Of a stretch of DNA of 64,000 nt, positions 1 to 11,378 are shown piece by piece (position 1 is the stretch's first letter; each line of letters opens with the position of its first letter). The stretch is from Anaeramoeba ignava BMAN (Eukaryota > Protista > Anaeramoebae), in contig JAPDFW010000021.1 in NCBI GenBank assembly GCA_028826165.1, positions 1 to 64,000 on the forward strand, read 5' to 3'. Below the pieces are notes generated by a model. It was not told where the DNA came from and ran no database searches. It worked only from the letters and a program-made list of their open reading frames with translations. A program made the translations under genes and the position numbers.

Positions 1-266
1 TAACAGAAAAAGGATGAAAAATATTTTCTTTATTTTTGAAGTTTGAAAATTTTCATTTCTTTTTGATAAGTTAAAAATTTGATTAATAATTGGTAATAAA
101 TATGGTTGTTTTCCCTGAACCTGTTGGTGCTTGAATTAATATATCTTTTCCTTCTAATCCTATTGGTATTACTTTTTGTATTTTTGTTGGTTTTCAAAAT
201 TAAGTCTTTCACATGATGATATTAATCTATCATCAAATTAAATTCTTGAAAACTTTTAATTTTCAT
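1..266 (-). CDS. DEAD-box RNA helicase, 5' end (Dbp9/DDX56-like; runs off window, frameshifted consensus)
   Basis: Manual translation from ATG 266 across indels gives [10 protein letters not shown](L)[38 protein letters not shown], i.e. Q-motif plus Walker A/motif I. Missed by the ORF track. Confidence 0.8.
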
Positions 267-336
267 TTTTCTTATTCATTTTTAATTTAAAAATAAAAAT
301 AAAAATTTTTCATTTTTCTTTTTATTTTTAATAAAA

Positions 337-2002
337 ATGGAAAATTATTTAAATTTAGAAAAACTTTCAAATGATTTAAAAATTTATTTCAAAATCAAAA
401 TCAAAATGAAGATCAAGAAGAAAGTTATTTTGATTTTGAAATAATTTAGAAGAAAATAAAACTTCATTTAAAACTCATAAATCAATTCTTTCTTCAAAGA
501 AGTCATTATTTTAAATCTCTTTTTAAATCTAAAATGAAAAGAATTTCAAGAAAAATAAAATGATTCTAAAAGATGTTTCAAGTTCAATTCTATCTCAATC
601 TTAAATTATTTTTATTCAGGAAAATTGAAATTAATTTAGAAAATGCAATTCAAATTTTAATTTTTCATCAAAATATTTAATTGATGAATTAATTGAAACT
701 TCTTCAAAATTTATCAAAAAGAATTTTCAAATTGAAACTGTTATTGATATTCTTAAATTATCTGAATCAATGAACCTAAGTGAATTATTGGATTTTTCTT
801 ATCAATTTATTTCTGAAAATTTTAAAGAATTTATCCAAACTTCATTTTTCTTGAACTTGAAGAAAATCATTTAAATTCACTTTTATCAAATGATTATATT
901 CAAATAAATGAATTTGAAATTTTTCAATCAATAATAAAATGGGAAAACATAAATCAAATATTAAAAAGAAAAATTACAAAATCAAATTTCAAATTTTATT
1001 GATAAAATCAGATTTATTGATTTTTCATACAAAAGAACTGGAAAGAAACTTTAGAAGAAGATTTAATTCCAAATGAACTTTCACAAAAATTAACAAAACT
1101 TTAATATTAAAAATTCAAAGAAAAATGAAGAAAAATTAAAACAATTTATTCAAAAAGAAAATTCATTAAATTTCAAAACAAGATTTGAAATGAAATTTAA
1201 ATCAATAATTATTCAAGAAAAACAACATTTCCAGAAATTAAGAGAATGGATAAATGATGATGAATTCTTTTCCAAAATGAAATTAGGATATTCAGCAAAA
1301 CAAGATGGATTTTCTTCTAATAACTGGCATTTAAAATGTGATAATAAAGGAAAAACATTAATTATTATCAAAACCAAAGATAACTTTATTTTTGGAGGTT
1401 TTACATCAGTTGGATTTATAAATGAAAAATTAAAACAAAATCAAAACCAAAATCAAAATCCATTCAATCAAAATCCATTTAATCCAAATCAAAACCCTTT
1501 TAACCAAAATCAAAACTCTTTTAATCAAAATCAATTTGGTCAGAATCCATTTGGTCAAAATCCATTTAATCAAAATCAAAATACATTTAATCAAAATCAA
1601 AATCCATTTAATCCAAATCCATTTGATCAAAATACATTTGGTCAGAATCCATTTGAAGAAAAAGTTATTGAAGATATTCCAGATTCAAAAGCATTTCTTT
1701 TTTCATTAAGAAATGATCAAAATAATCGAAAACCAGAAAAATTATCTATTATTGAAGGTAAAGAAAAATATGCTATTGATAACAATTCAATTGATCGTTT
1801 AGCTTTTGGAAAAAATTCTAATTCATTTGGTGGAAGTTATGATTTAAGTTTAAACTCTAATTTAAAAACTGGTTATTCAAATTTAGGTTATATTTACAAT
1901 CTTCCTATTGAAATGCAAATAAAAAAAGAAAATTCACAAAATTATTTAGCTGGTTCTTATAATTCATGGAAAGTTCAAGAAATTGAAACTTATTTCATTT
2001 AA
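337..2002 (+). CDS. BTB/BACK-TLDc protein, copy 1 (many indels in 337-1190; error-prone consensus or pseudogene)
   Basis: 5' part is near-identical in DNA to 7378-8240 (FKTHKSILSSRSHYFKSLFKSKMKE BTB motif). ORF 1190-2002 carries TLDc motifs (GYSAKQDGFS..WHLKCDNKGKTLIIIKT..FIFGGFT; FLFSL; VQEIETY). Confidence 0.8.
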
Positions 2003-2189
2003 AATTCTTATATTTTTTTTTTCATTTTAATTTTTAATTCCTTTCCAACAATTTTAATAAAAAAAACAAAATCAAAATTAAAATCAAAATTAAAATAAAA
2101 ATCAAAATCAAAATCAAAATCAAAATCAAAATTAAAAATCAAAATAAAAAATAAATCAAAATCAAAATTTTTTCAAATTTTTTTTCTTT

Positions 2190-3005
2190 ATAAAAATGAT
2201 TTAATTTAATATTTAATTTATAAATTAATTTAAAAACAATTTAATATTTAATTTTATTATTTAATTTAATGTTTTAGATTTAAAATATTTTATTTAAAAT
2301 TAATTTAAAAATACAATTTAATTTAATATTTAATTTTATTATTTAAAAATAATTTAATATTTAATTTTAATGTAATTTATTGATTTAGATTTAAATATTT
2401 TATTATTTAAATATTTAACATATAAATATAAAAATAAGAATAGATTTAATTTAATATTTAATTTATAAATTAATTTAAAATATAATTTAATTTAATATTT
2501 AATGTTTTATTTATTTTAAAATAATAATTAAAAATGAAAATGTTTAACTTAATATTTAATTTATAAATAATTTTTATTATTTAAATATAATTTAATGTTT
2601 TATTTAAACATTTTTAAAAATATAAAAATAAGAATAAATTTAATTTAAATATTTAAATTTATAAATTTAATATTTAAAATATAATTTAATAGATTTAAAT
2701 ATTTTATTTAAAAATATAAAAATAAGAAATAATTTAATATTTTTTTATTATTAAAAATAATTTTGTTTTTATTTTAAATATTTTAAACATAAAAATATAA
2801 AAATGGGAATAGATTTAATTTAATATTTAATTTATAAATTAATTTAAAAATATAATTTAATATTTAATTTTATTATTAAAATAATAATTTAATGTTTTAG
2901 ATTTAAATATTTTATTATTTAAATATTAAACATATAAAAAATATAAAAATGAGAATAGATTTAATTTAATATTTAATTTTATTATTATAAATTTATGAAG
3001 ATTTA
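2190..3005 (+). repeat. Degenerate array of the ~144-bp AT-rich tandem repeat
   Basis: Recurring AAGAATAGATTTAATTTAATATTTAATTTATAAATT / GTTTTAGATTTAAATATTTTATT blocks shared with 10820-11230 and 14855-15690. Confidence 0.75.
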
Positions 3006-3520
3006 AAAATTAAAAAGAAAAAGAAAACAAAAAATCTTTAATTAATTTTTATTGATCAAAAAGAAAAAGAAAATGAGTCATTTTTTGTGAAATTTGTTTT
3101 TTCATTTTTTTCTTTAAATAAACATTTTAAAAATAAAAATTTAAATTTATTTAAAATTTTGCTTTTCAATTTTTTTTATTAAAATAATAATTTTTTTTTA
3201 GATTTAAATATTTTTTTTCTTCTTTTTATTTTTAATTTGAAAAATAATTTAATTTAAAAAGAAAAGAAAAACAAAATTCTTTAATTAATTTTTATTTCAA
3301 AAAGAAAAGAAATGGATTAATTTATTTTCTTTTATTTTTAATTTAAAGTTCTTCTTTTCATTTTTCTTTTTTCTTTTTATTTTTTTTGAAATTTAGCAAA
3401 CTTAAAAAGTAAGATAAAAAAAAGCAAAATTCTTTTTATATTTTATTTTAAATTAACCAAGCAAATAAATTAATTTTCTATTTTTTATTTATTTTTTCAA
3501 ACAACCAAAAAAAAGGTAAA

Positions 3521-6500
3521 ATGAAAGCAATTCTTCTTAGTTTCTTTTTATTAAATCTCTTGATTTCCATTGGATCAAATCAGAATCAAGAAACAGTATC
3601 ATTATCAACACCACAATCAAGATATTTTTCTTCTGGAGATGAAGGTTATATTTGGAAGTTAATTGACACTCTTTATGGAACCAGTATTTTTGGATGGGGA
3701 ATTTCAATTTATGGAGATATTTTAGCAATTTCCGAGAGAATGGAGGAAGAGGTCTATGTTTACAAATTTAATGGAACAAATTTTGAAATTCAAGAATATT
3801 TGAATGAGCCTCCAGGTACAATAATAGGAAATTCGCTTTCAATTTATGAGGATATACTTGTTGTTGGTTCTGATGGTACAGACGAGGTATTTATTTACAG
3901 AAACAACGATTCACATTTTGAAAGTATACAAAATATTAGTGGACCTGCTGGTTCACGATTTGGAGCGCGTGTTTCAGTTTATGAAAATGCTCTTGCTATT
4001 GGAGCGTATCCGATAGATACAGTATTTATTTACAGAAAAAATGATTCATATTTTGAAAATATACAGAATATTACTGGACCTGCTGGTTCATATTTTGGAT
4101 GGACTGTTTCTGTTTATGAAAATGTTCTTATTGTTGGAGCATGGGGAATAGATCAAGTATTTATTTACAGATATAATGAATCTAATTGGAATTTTGAACA
4201 AAATTTTACTGGAGCTTCAGGTTCAAGATTTGGATACTCTGTTTCAGTTTATGGATATGTTTTTGTTGTTGGAGCATATTATGCAGATGAAGCATTTATT
4301 TACAAATACAATGAAACTAGTTGGAATCTTGAACAAAATATTACTGGAGCTTCAGGTTCAGGTTTAGGAAGATGTGTTTCAGTTTATGAAGATGTTGTTG
4401 TTGGAACTTATTCCCCAGGTAAAGCATTTCTTTACAGATATAATGGAAATTTTTGGTATCTGGAAGAATTTTTCAATCAAACATCAAATCCTTTTGGAAG
4501 TGTTGTTACAGTTCATGAAAATTTTACAGCTATTATTGATCCTGACAATTATTATGTATGTGTCTATCAATGCTATTTTATTCCTCAAGTAAATATTCAT
4601 AATTGTTCATCTTTATTTTCATCATTTGATTGTTATTGGGATCAAATTGAATGTGGATTAACTTTGAAATATCAAATTAATTATGGATATGATTGGATTG
4701 ATATTGATTCTCCAATTCTTGAAGATGGAAATGTTTATTATCAATTATTTAATTCTTCAATTTATGATAATATTACTGGAAATGAATATTATCCAATTCA
4801 AATTCATGCTTGTGATGTTGAATCATTAATTTGTGGAAAAGCATCTTCATTTTTTAATTTAACAACAAGAATTGATTCTGTAAAAGATTTCCAATTATTA
4901 AATCCAACTTCTTTTTCAATTAATGTTACTTGGAATCATCCAAATGTTTCTTTAGATGAAGATATTGCTCATCTTGATCATTATAATCTTTCTTATTTTA
5001 CTCAATGTGATCCTGAATCAGTTTCATCTATTTCAATTGATAATTCATCGACTTCATATCTTTTAGATATTGAATGTGGAAATGATTACAATGTTTCAAT
5101 TTGTGGGTGTAGAACACATGAATGTGAAGGAGAAGATAAAGGAGAAGTTGTTGAATCATCTATTTCAATTCCTTTTCAAGATATTCAAGATCTAACATGT
5201 TCAATTCAATATGCATTAGATATTAATTGTAGTTGGAATCAACCAATTAATTGTTCAATTCCATCTTATTATAATTTTAGTTATCAAGCAATTTCAGAAG
5301 ATGAATCAGGAAATGAAAATCTAACATCATCAAATCAATATTTCACAAATTATTTGCAAAATCAAGAATATCAAATCAATGTTTCAGCATGTAATTCAAT
5401 GAATAAATGCTCTAATATCTCAACAACATCAGCTACAACTGGAAATTTAACAACCTCTCCAACAATTTATGAAACAATTTCCAAAATTGAAGAAATTGAA
5501 TTTAATTTCACAAAATTAACAAATGCAAATAATTATTCAATTTCACTTAATAATGAAACAAATTGGCAAAATTTCACATCTCTTGATTTAAGTGGAAGTG
5601 AAGGTATTGGAATAATAAATGAATTATCAGGAAATATTGAATATAATATTTCAGTTAGAGGATGTTCAGATTTAAATTGTAAAACTGAATATTTAGGAGA
5701 ATCAAGTTCAATCATTTCAACAAAAGCTAAATTAGGAAATATTACTTCATTAAGTTGTTCTTCGTTGATTTGTGGATTTGAATGTACTTGGGATTCATTA
5801 AATTTATCAACAGGATTAAAAGCATATTCATTCAGATACAATTCAACAACAACTTGTTTCCAAGATTTAAGAACAAGTCATTCAATTTTATCAGGATTAA
5901 TTCCATCAGCAAATTATGAAATTTCAGTTTACTCATCAGCAACTACAGATTGTTCTTATAATGAATATTCAGGAATTGAAACAACAACAATAGTAACAAC
6001 AGATAATTTACCAGCACCAACAATTAATCAATTAATTTCCAAAATTGAAGAAATTGAAATAATATTCACAAAAGTAACAGGAGCTTATAATTATTCAATT
6101 TCACTTAATAATGGAACAAATTGGCAAAATTTCACATCTCTTGATTTAGGTGGAAGTGAAGGTATTGGAATAATAAATGAATTATCAGGAAATATTGAAT
6201 ATAATATTTCAGTTAGAGGATGTTCAGATTTAAATTGCAAAACTGAATATTTAGGAGAATCAAGTTCAATTAATTCAACAAAAGCTAAATTAGGAAATAT
6301 TACTTCATTAAGTTGTTCTTCGTTGATTTGTGGATTTGAATGTAGTTGGGATTCATTAAATTTATCAGATAGGATTAAAAGCATATTCATTTAGATACAA
6401 TTCAACAACAATTTGTTTCCCAGATTTAAGAACAAGTCATTCAATTTTATCAGGATTAATTCCATCAGCAAATTATGAAATTTCAGTTTATTCATCAGCA

Positions 6501-7310
6501 ACTACAGATTGTTCTTATAATGAATATTCAGGAATTGAAATAACAACAATAGTAACAACAGATAATTTACCAGCACCAACAATTAATCAATTAATTTCCA
6601 AAATTGAAGAAATTGAAATAATATTCACAAAAGTAACAGGAGCTTATAATTATTCAATTTCACTTAATAATGGAACAAATTGGCAAAATTTCACATCTCT
6701 TGATTTAGGTGGAAGTGAAGGAATTGGAACAATAAATGAATTATCAGGAAATATTGAATATAATATTTCAGTTAGAGGATGTTCAGATTTAAATTGTAAA
6801 ACTGAATATTTAGGAGATGTTAGTTCAATTAATTCAACAAAAGCTAAATTAGGAAATATTACTTCATTAAGTTGTTATGGAATATTTAATGGATTTGTTT
6901 GTACTTGGGATTCATTAAATTTAACAGAAGGATTAAAAGCATATTCATTTAGATACAATTTAATAACAATTTGTTTCCCAGATTTAAGAACTTATTATCT
7001 AGTTTCAGGAGTAAATGGAGGAGAAAATTATGAAATTTCTGTTTATTCATCAGCAACTTCAAATTGTTATTATAATGAAAATTCAGGAATTGAAACAACA
7101 ACTTCTGTTACAACATTATCACCAACCCAAACAAGTGAAAGTTCATCAAAAGCACCAATAATAGCATTAGCAGTAATTGTTCCAGTTCTTGTTATTGTAG
7201 GAGTAATTATTGTTATTGTTTTGATAAAGAAACAGAAAAAAAGTATCAAAACAATTATCAAACAAAGAGAAAAAGAACTTGAAAAATCAGGAGGAATTGA
7301 AATGATTTGA
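3521..7310 (+). CDS. Type-I membrane protein: signal peptide, FG-GAP-like beta-propeller, multiple FN3-like domains, TM, short basic tail (1-nt frameshift near 6368)
   Basis: Repeats FGxSVSVYEDxLVVGA..D.VFIY; FN3-like W..P..Y..Y.ISV.GC units. After the frameshift the frame continues to APIIALAVIVPVLVIVGVIIVIVLIKKQKK...GGIEMI* (TGA 7308-7310). Confidence 0.8.
5455..7110 (+). repeat. Three near-identical intragenic ~558-bp (186-aa, two-FN3) units
   Basis: CCAAAATTGAAGAAATTGAA recurs at 5481, 6039 and 6598 with long near-identical flanks. Confidence 0.9.
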
Positions 7311-7377
7311 GTTTTTCATTTTTCTTTTTAATTTTTTTTCATTTTTCATTTCAATAATTTTAATAAAAAAAGCAAAA

Positions 7378-9071
7378 ATGGAAAATTATTTAAATTTAGA
7401 AAAACTTTCAAATGATTTAAAAAATTTATTTCAAAATCAAAATCAAAATGAAATGAAGATGAAAGTTATTTTGATTTTGAAATAATTTGTGAAGAAAATA
7501 AAACTTCATTTAAAACTCATAAATCAATTCTTTCTTCAAGAAGTCATTATTTTAAATCTCTTTTTAAATCTAAAATGAAAGAATTTCAAGAAAATAAAAT
7601 GATTCTAAAAGATGTTTCAAGTTCAATTCTATCTTCAATCTTAAATTATCTTTATTCAGGAAAAATTGAAATTAATTTAGAAAATGCAATTCAAATTTTA
7701 ATTTTTTCATCAAAATATTTAATTGATGAATTAATTGAAACTTCTTCAAAATTTATTAAAAAGAATTTCCAAATTGAAACTGTTATTGATATTATTAAAT
7801 TATCTGAATCAATGAACTTAAGCAAGTTACTATATTTTTCTTATCAATTTATTTCTGAAAATTTTAGAAAATTTATCCAAACTTCATTTTTTCTTGAACT
7901 TGAAGAAAATCATTTAAATTCAATTTTATCAAATGATGAAATTTTAATAAGTGAATTTGAAATTTTTCAATCAATAATAAAATGGGGAAAACATAAATCA
8001 AATATTAAAAAAGAAAAAGAAAAATTACAAAATCAAATTTCAAATTTTATTGATAAAATTAGATTTATTGATTTTTCAAAACAAGAACTTGCAGAAACTT
8101 TAGAAGAAGATTTAATTCCAAATGAACTTTCACAAAAATTAACAAAACTTCTAATATTAAAAACTCAAGAAAATGAAGAAAAATTAAAACAATTTATTCA
8201 AAAAGAAAATTCATTAAATTTCAAAACAAGATTTGAAATGAAATTTAAATCAACAATTATTCAAAAAAAACAGCATTTCCAGAAATTAAGAGAATGGATA
8301 AATGATGATGAATTCTTTTCCAAAATGAAATTAGGATATTCAGCAAAACAAGATGGATTTTCTTCTAATAACTGGCATTTAAAATGTGATAATAAAGGAA
8401 AAACATTAATTATTATCAAAACCAAAGATAACTTTATTTTTGGAGGATTTACATCAGTTGGATTTATAAATGAAAAATTAAAACAAAAACAAAAGCAAGA
8501 TCAAAATTCAAATGAAAATGAAAATGAAAACCCATTTAATCATAATCAAAACTCATTTAACCAAAATCCATTTATTAATAATTCAAAAACATTTCAGAAT
8601 ACTCCAACTTTACATGTTAAAAATCAAAATCCATTTAATCAGAATGAGTATCAGAATAATCTTGATGAAATTATAGATCGATTTGGTTATAATCTAAAAC
8701 CTTTGTCTCCTAATCAAGACTCATTTGAAGAAAAAGTTATTGAAGATATTCCAGATTCAAAAGCATTTCTTTTTTCATTAAGAAATAATAAAAATAATCG
8801 AAAACCAGAAAAATTATCTATTATTGAAGGTAAAGAAAAATATGCTATTGATAACAATTCAATTGATCGTTTAGTTTTTGGAAAAATTCTAATCCATTTG
8901 GAAATAATGATGATTTACATTTATATTCTAATTTAAAATCTGGTTATTCAAATTTAGGATCTATTTACAATCTTCCTATTGGAATCAAAAAGATAAAAAG
9001 AAAGAGAAAATTATTTAGCTGGTACTCATAATAAATGGAAAATTCAAGAAATTGAAACTTATTTCATTTAA
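7378..9071 (+). CDS. BTB/BACK-TLDc protein, copy 2 (indels near 7450 and 8885)
   Basis: ATG 7378; ORF 7575-8936 has BTB/BACK (ILNYLYSGKIEI; SEFEIFQSIIKWG) and TLDc. The alternate frame ends YLAGTHNKWKIQEIETYFI* like copy 1. Confidence 0.85.
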
Positions 9072-9145
9072 AATTCTTATTTTTTTTATTTTAATTTTAA
9101 TTCCTTTCCAAATCCAAAAAGAATAAAAAAAAGCAAAAATTTTCC

Positions 9146-9180
9146 ATTTTTCATTTTTTCATTTTTTCATTTTTTCATTT
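9146..9180 (+). promoter_or_regulatory. Tandem TCATTTTT initiator-like motif upstream of the ABI ATG
   Basis: (TTTTTCA)n about 25-60 nt before ATG 9206; similar runs precede ATGs at 7378, 18369, 54675 and, on the minus strand, 60368. Confidence 0.4.
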
Positions 9181-9205
9181 TATTTTTATTTAAAAACAAC
9201 AACAA

Positions 9206-10595
9206 ATGAATTTATCAGAACAATTAGATAATTATATAAATGGACTTCTTCCAACTTCACTTGCAGAATTAAAACAATCTTCACAACAACTTGATAAAAT
9301 AGCACAAATAAGTATTGGAGAATATAAAACTAATCCTGATGAAACAAAAATGAAAACTCAAAATGCAGTTAATGAAGGTCTTCAAACAGTTGCTCAACAT
9401 ATTTTTGCAGTTAGTACTCATCTTAATAATCTTCTTACACTTCAAGATAAACAAGTTGAAAAATTAGATTTAGAAATTCGTTCAGCTCTTGCTGTAAATT
9501 CATTTATAAAATTAAAATTCAATAAAAATTAAAATTCATTTATAAAATTAAAATTAAAATTAAAATTAAAATTAAAATTCAAATAAAAATTAAAATTAAA
9601 ATTTAAATTTAAAATTAAAATTAAAATTAAAATTAAAATTAAAATTAAAATTAAAATTAAAATTAAAATTAAAATTCAATTTAAAATTAAAATTAAAATT
9701 AAATTAAAATTTAAATTAAAATTAAATTAAAATTAAAATTAAAATTAAAATTAAAATTAAAATTCAAATTAAAATTAAAATTCAAATTAAAATTCAATAA
9801 AAATTAAAATTCAAATCAAAATTAAAATTAAAATTAAAATTAAAATTCATTTATAAAATTAAAATTTAAAATTAAAAATTAAAATTAAAATTAAATTTAA
9901 ATTTAATATAAAAATTTAATATAAAAATCGGATATAAAAAGAGAATAAAAGGTGCACATATAAGAGTTGGTCAAGCTGGATTACAAAAATTATACAAAGA
10001 AAGAATACCAATAGAAGGAGAAAAAACACACAAACTAAAAGAAGAACAAATACAAGCAGAATATAAACAAAAAACACTGATAAACATAAAAGGATACAAC
10101 ATCAACTTTGAAGCACTCGATAACATTGGAATAAGCTTATCAAATCCAAATCAAGAATCAAACACAATCAAGATGAAAAACAAATCAGAAAATCCAATTC
10201 AAGAAGCAATCATAAAATCAAGTGAAAGAAAAGAAGAAGAAAAAACTGAAACAGAAACTGAAACAGAAACTGATGAATCAATATCAAAACCAAAATCAAC
10301 AGAAAATACTTCAAAAACTTCACTTGCAATTGAAAATAAATCTCCTCCAATTCTTCCTCAAAGAACTTCTTCTTTACCTCAACCTCCTATTCAAAATACT
10401 CAAAATCCTTCTTTTGATAATATTCCTCCTCCTATTGGTGATGACTTTCCTCCCCCTATTGATGATCTCCCTCCTCCTATTGATAATATCCCTCTTCCTA
10501 TTGGTGATGATTTCGGTTTGATGCCTCCTCCTATAAATGATGATTTCCCTCCTCCTATTGATGATATTCCTCCTCCTTTTGATGATAATAATTAA
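9206..10595 (+). CDS. ABI: ABI (Abl-interactor)-like SCAR/WAVE complex subunit, no SH3; exons 9206-9493 and 9942-10595
   Basis: N-terminus LAELKQSSQQLDKIA...KTQNAVNEGLQTVAQHI..VS..LNNLLTLQ..QV matches the Abi N-terminal coiled-coil pattern. A phase-0 GT..AG intron 9494-9941 joins both ORFs in frame. C-terminus has DDxPPP repeats. Confidence 0.75.
9494..9941 (+). repeat. Intron made almost entirely of (AAAATT)n
   Basis: GTAAAT donor, AAAAAG acceptor, hexamer array between. Confidence 0.85.
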
Positions 10596-10627
<32 letters not shown>

Positions 10628-10659
10628 ATTCAAAACCAAACAAAAGAAAAGAAAATCCA

Positions 10660-11255
10660 AATCAAATCAAATCAGAAAATCAAAATCAGAAAATCAAAAT
10701 TAAAATCAAAATCAAAATCAAAATCAAAATTAAAATCAAAATCAAAATCAAAATCAAAATCAAAGGAAATAAAAAACGAAAAATTGTTATTCCAATTTAA
10801 ACCTTTTTTCTTTTTGTAAATATAAAAAATAAGAATAGATTTAATTTAATATTCAATTTATAAATTAATTTAAAAATATAATTTAATATTTAATTTTATT
10901 ATTAAAATAATAATTTAATGTTTTAGATTTAAATATTTTATTATTTAAATATTAAACATAAAAATATAAAGAATGAGAATAGATTTAATTTAATATTTAA
11001 TTTATAAATTAATTTAAAAATATAATTTAATATTTAATTCTATTATTAAAATAATAATTTATTGTTTTAGATTTAAATATTTTATTATTTAAATATTTAA
11101 CATATAAATATAAAAAATGAGAATAGATTTAATTTAATATTTAATTTATAAATTAATTTAAAAATATAATTTAATATTTAATTTTATTATTAAAATAATA
11201 ATTTATTGTTTTAGATTTAAATATAAAATAAATAAAAAAAAGTGGAATGAAATTT
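10660..11255 (+). repeat. Composite repeat copy A: head + 3 x ~144-bp units + AAAAGTGGAATGAAATTTT tail
   Basis: Head CAAAGGAAATAAAAAACGAAAAATTGTTATTC..TTTAAACCTTTTTTCTTTTTGT at 10761; unit anchors near 10832, 10976 and 11120. Confidence 0.85.
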
Positions 11256-11378
11256 TGATTTTTATTTTGATTTTCTTTTCTTGATTTTTGAAATTGAAAA
11301 AAAAGAAAATGAAATTAGAATTGAAAAAAGAAAAATGAAAAGAAGGAAATTGTTTGAAAAATGAAATGAAAATTGGAA

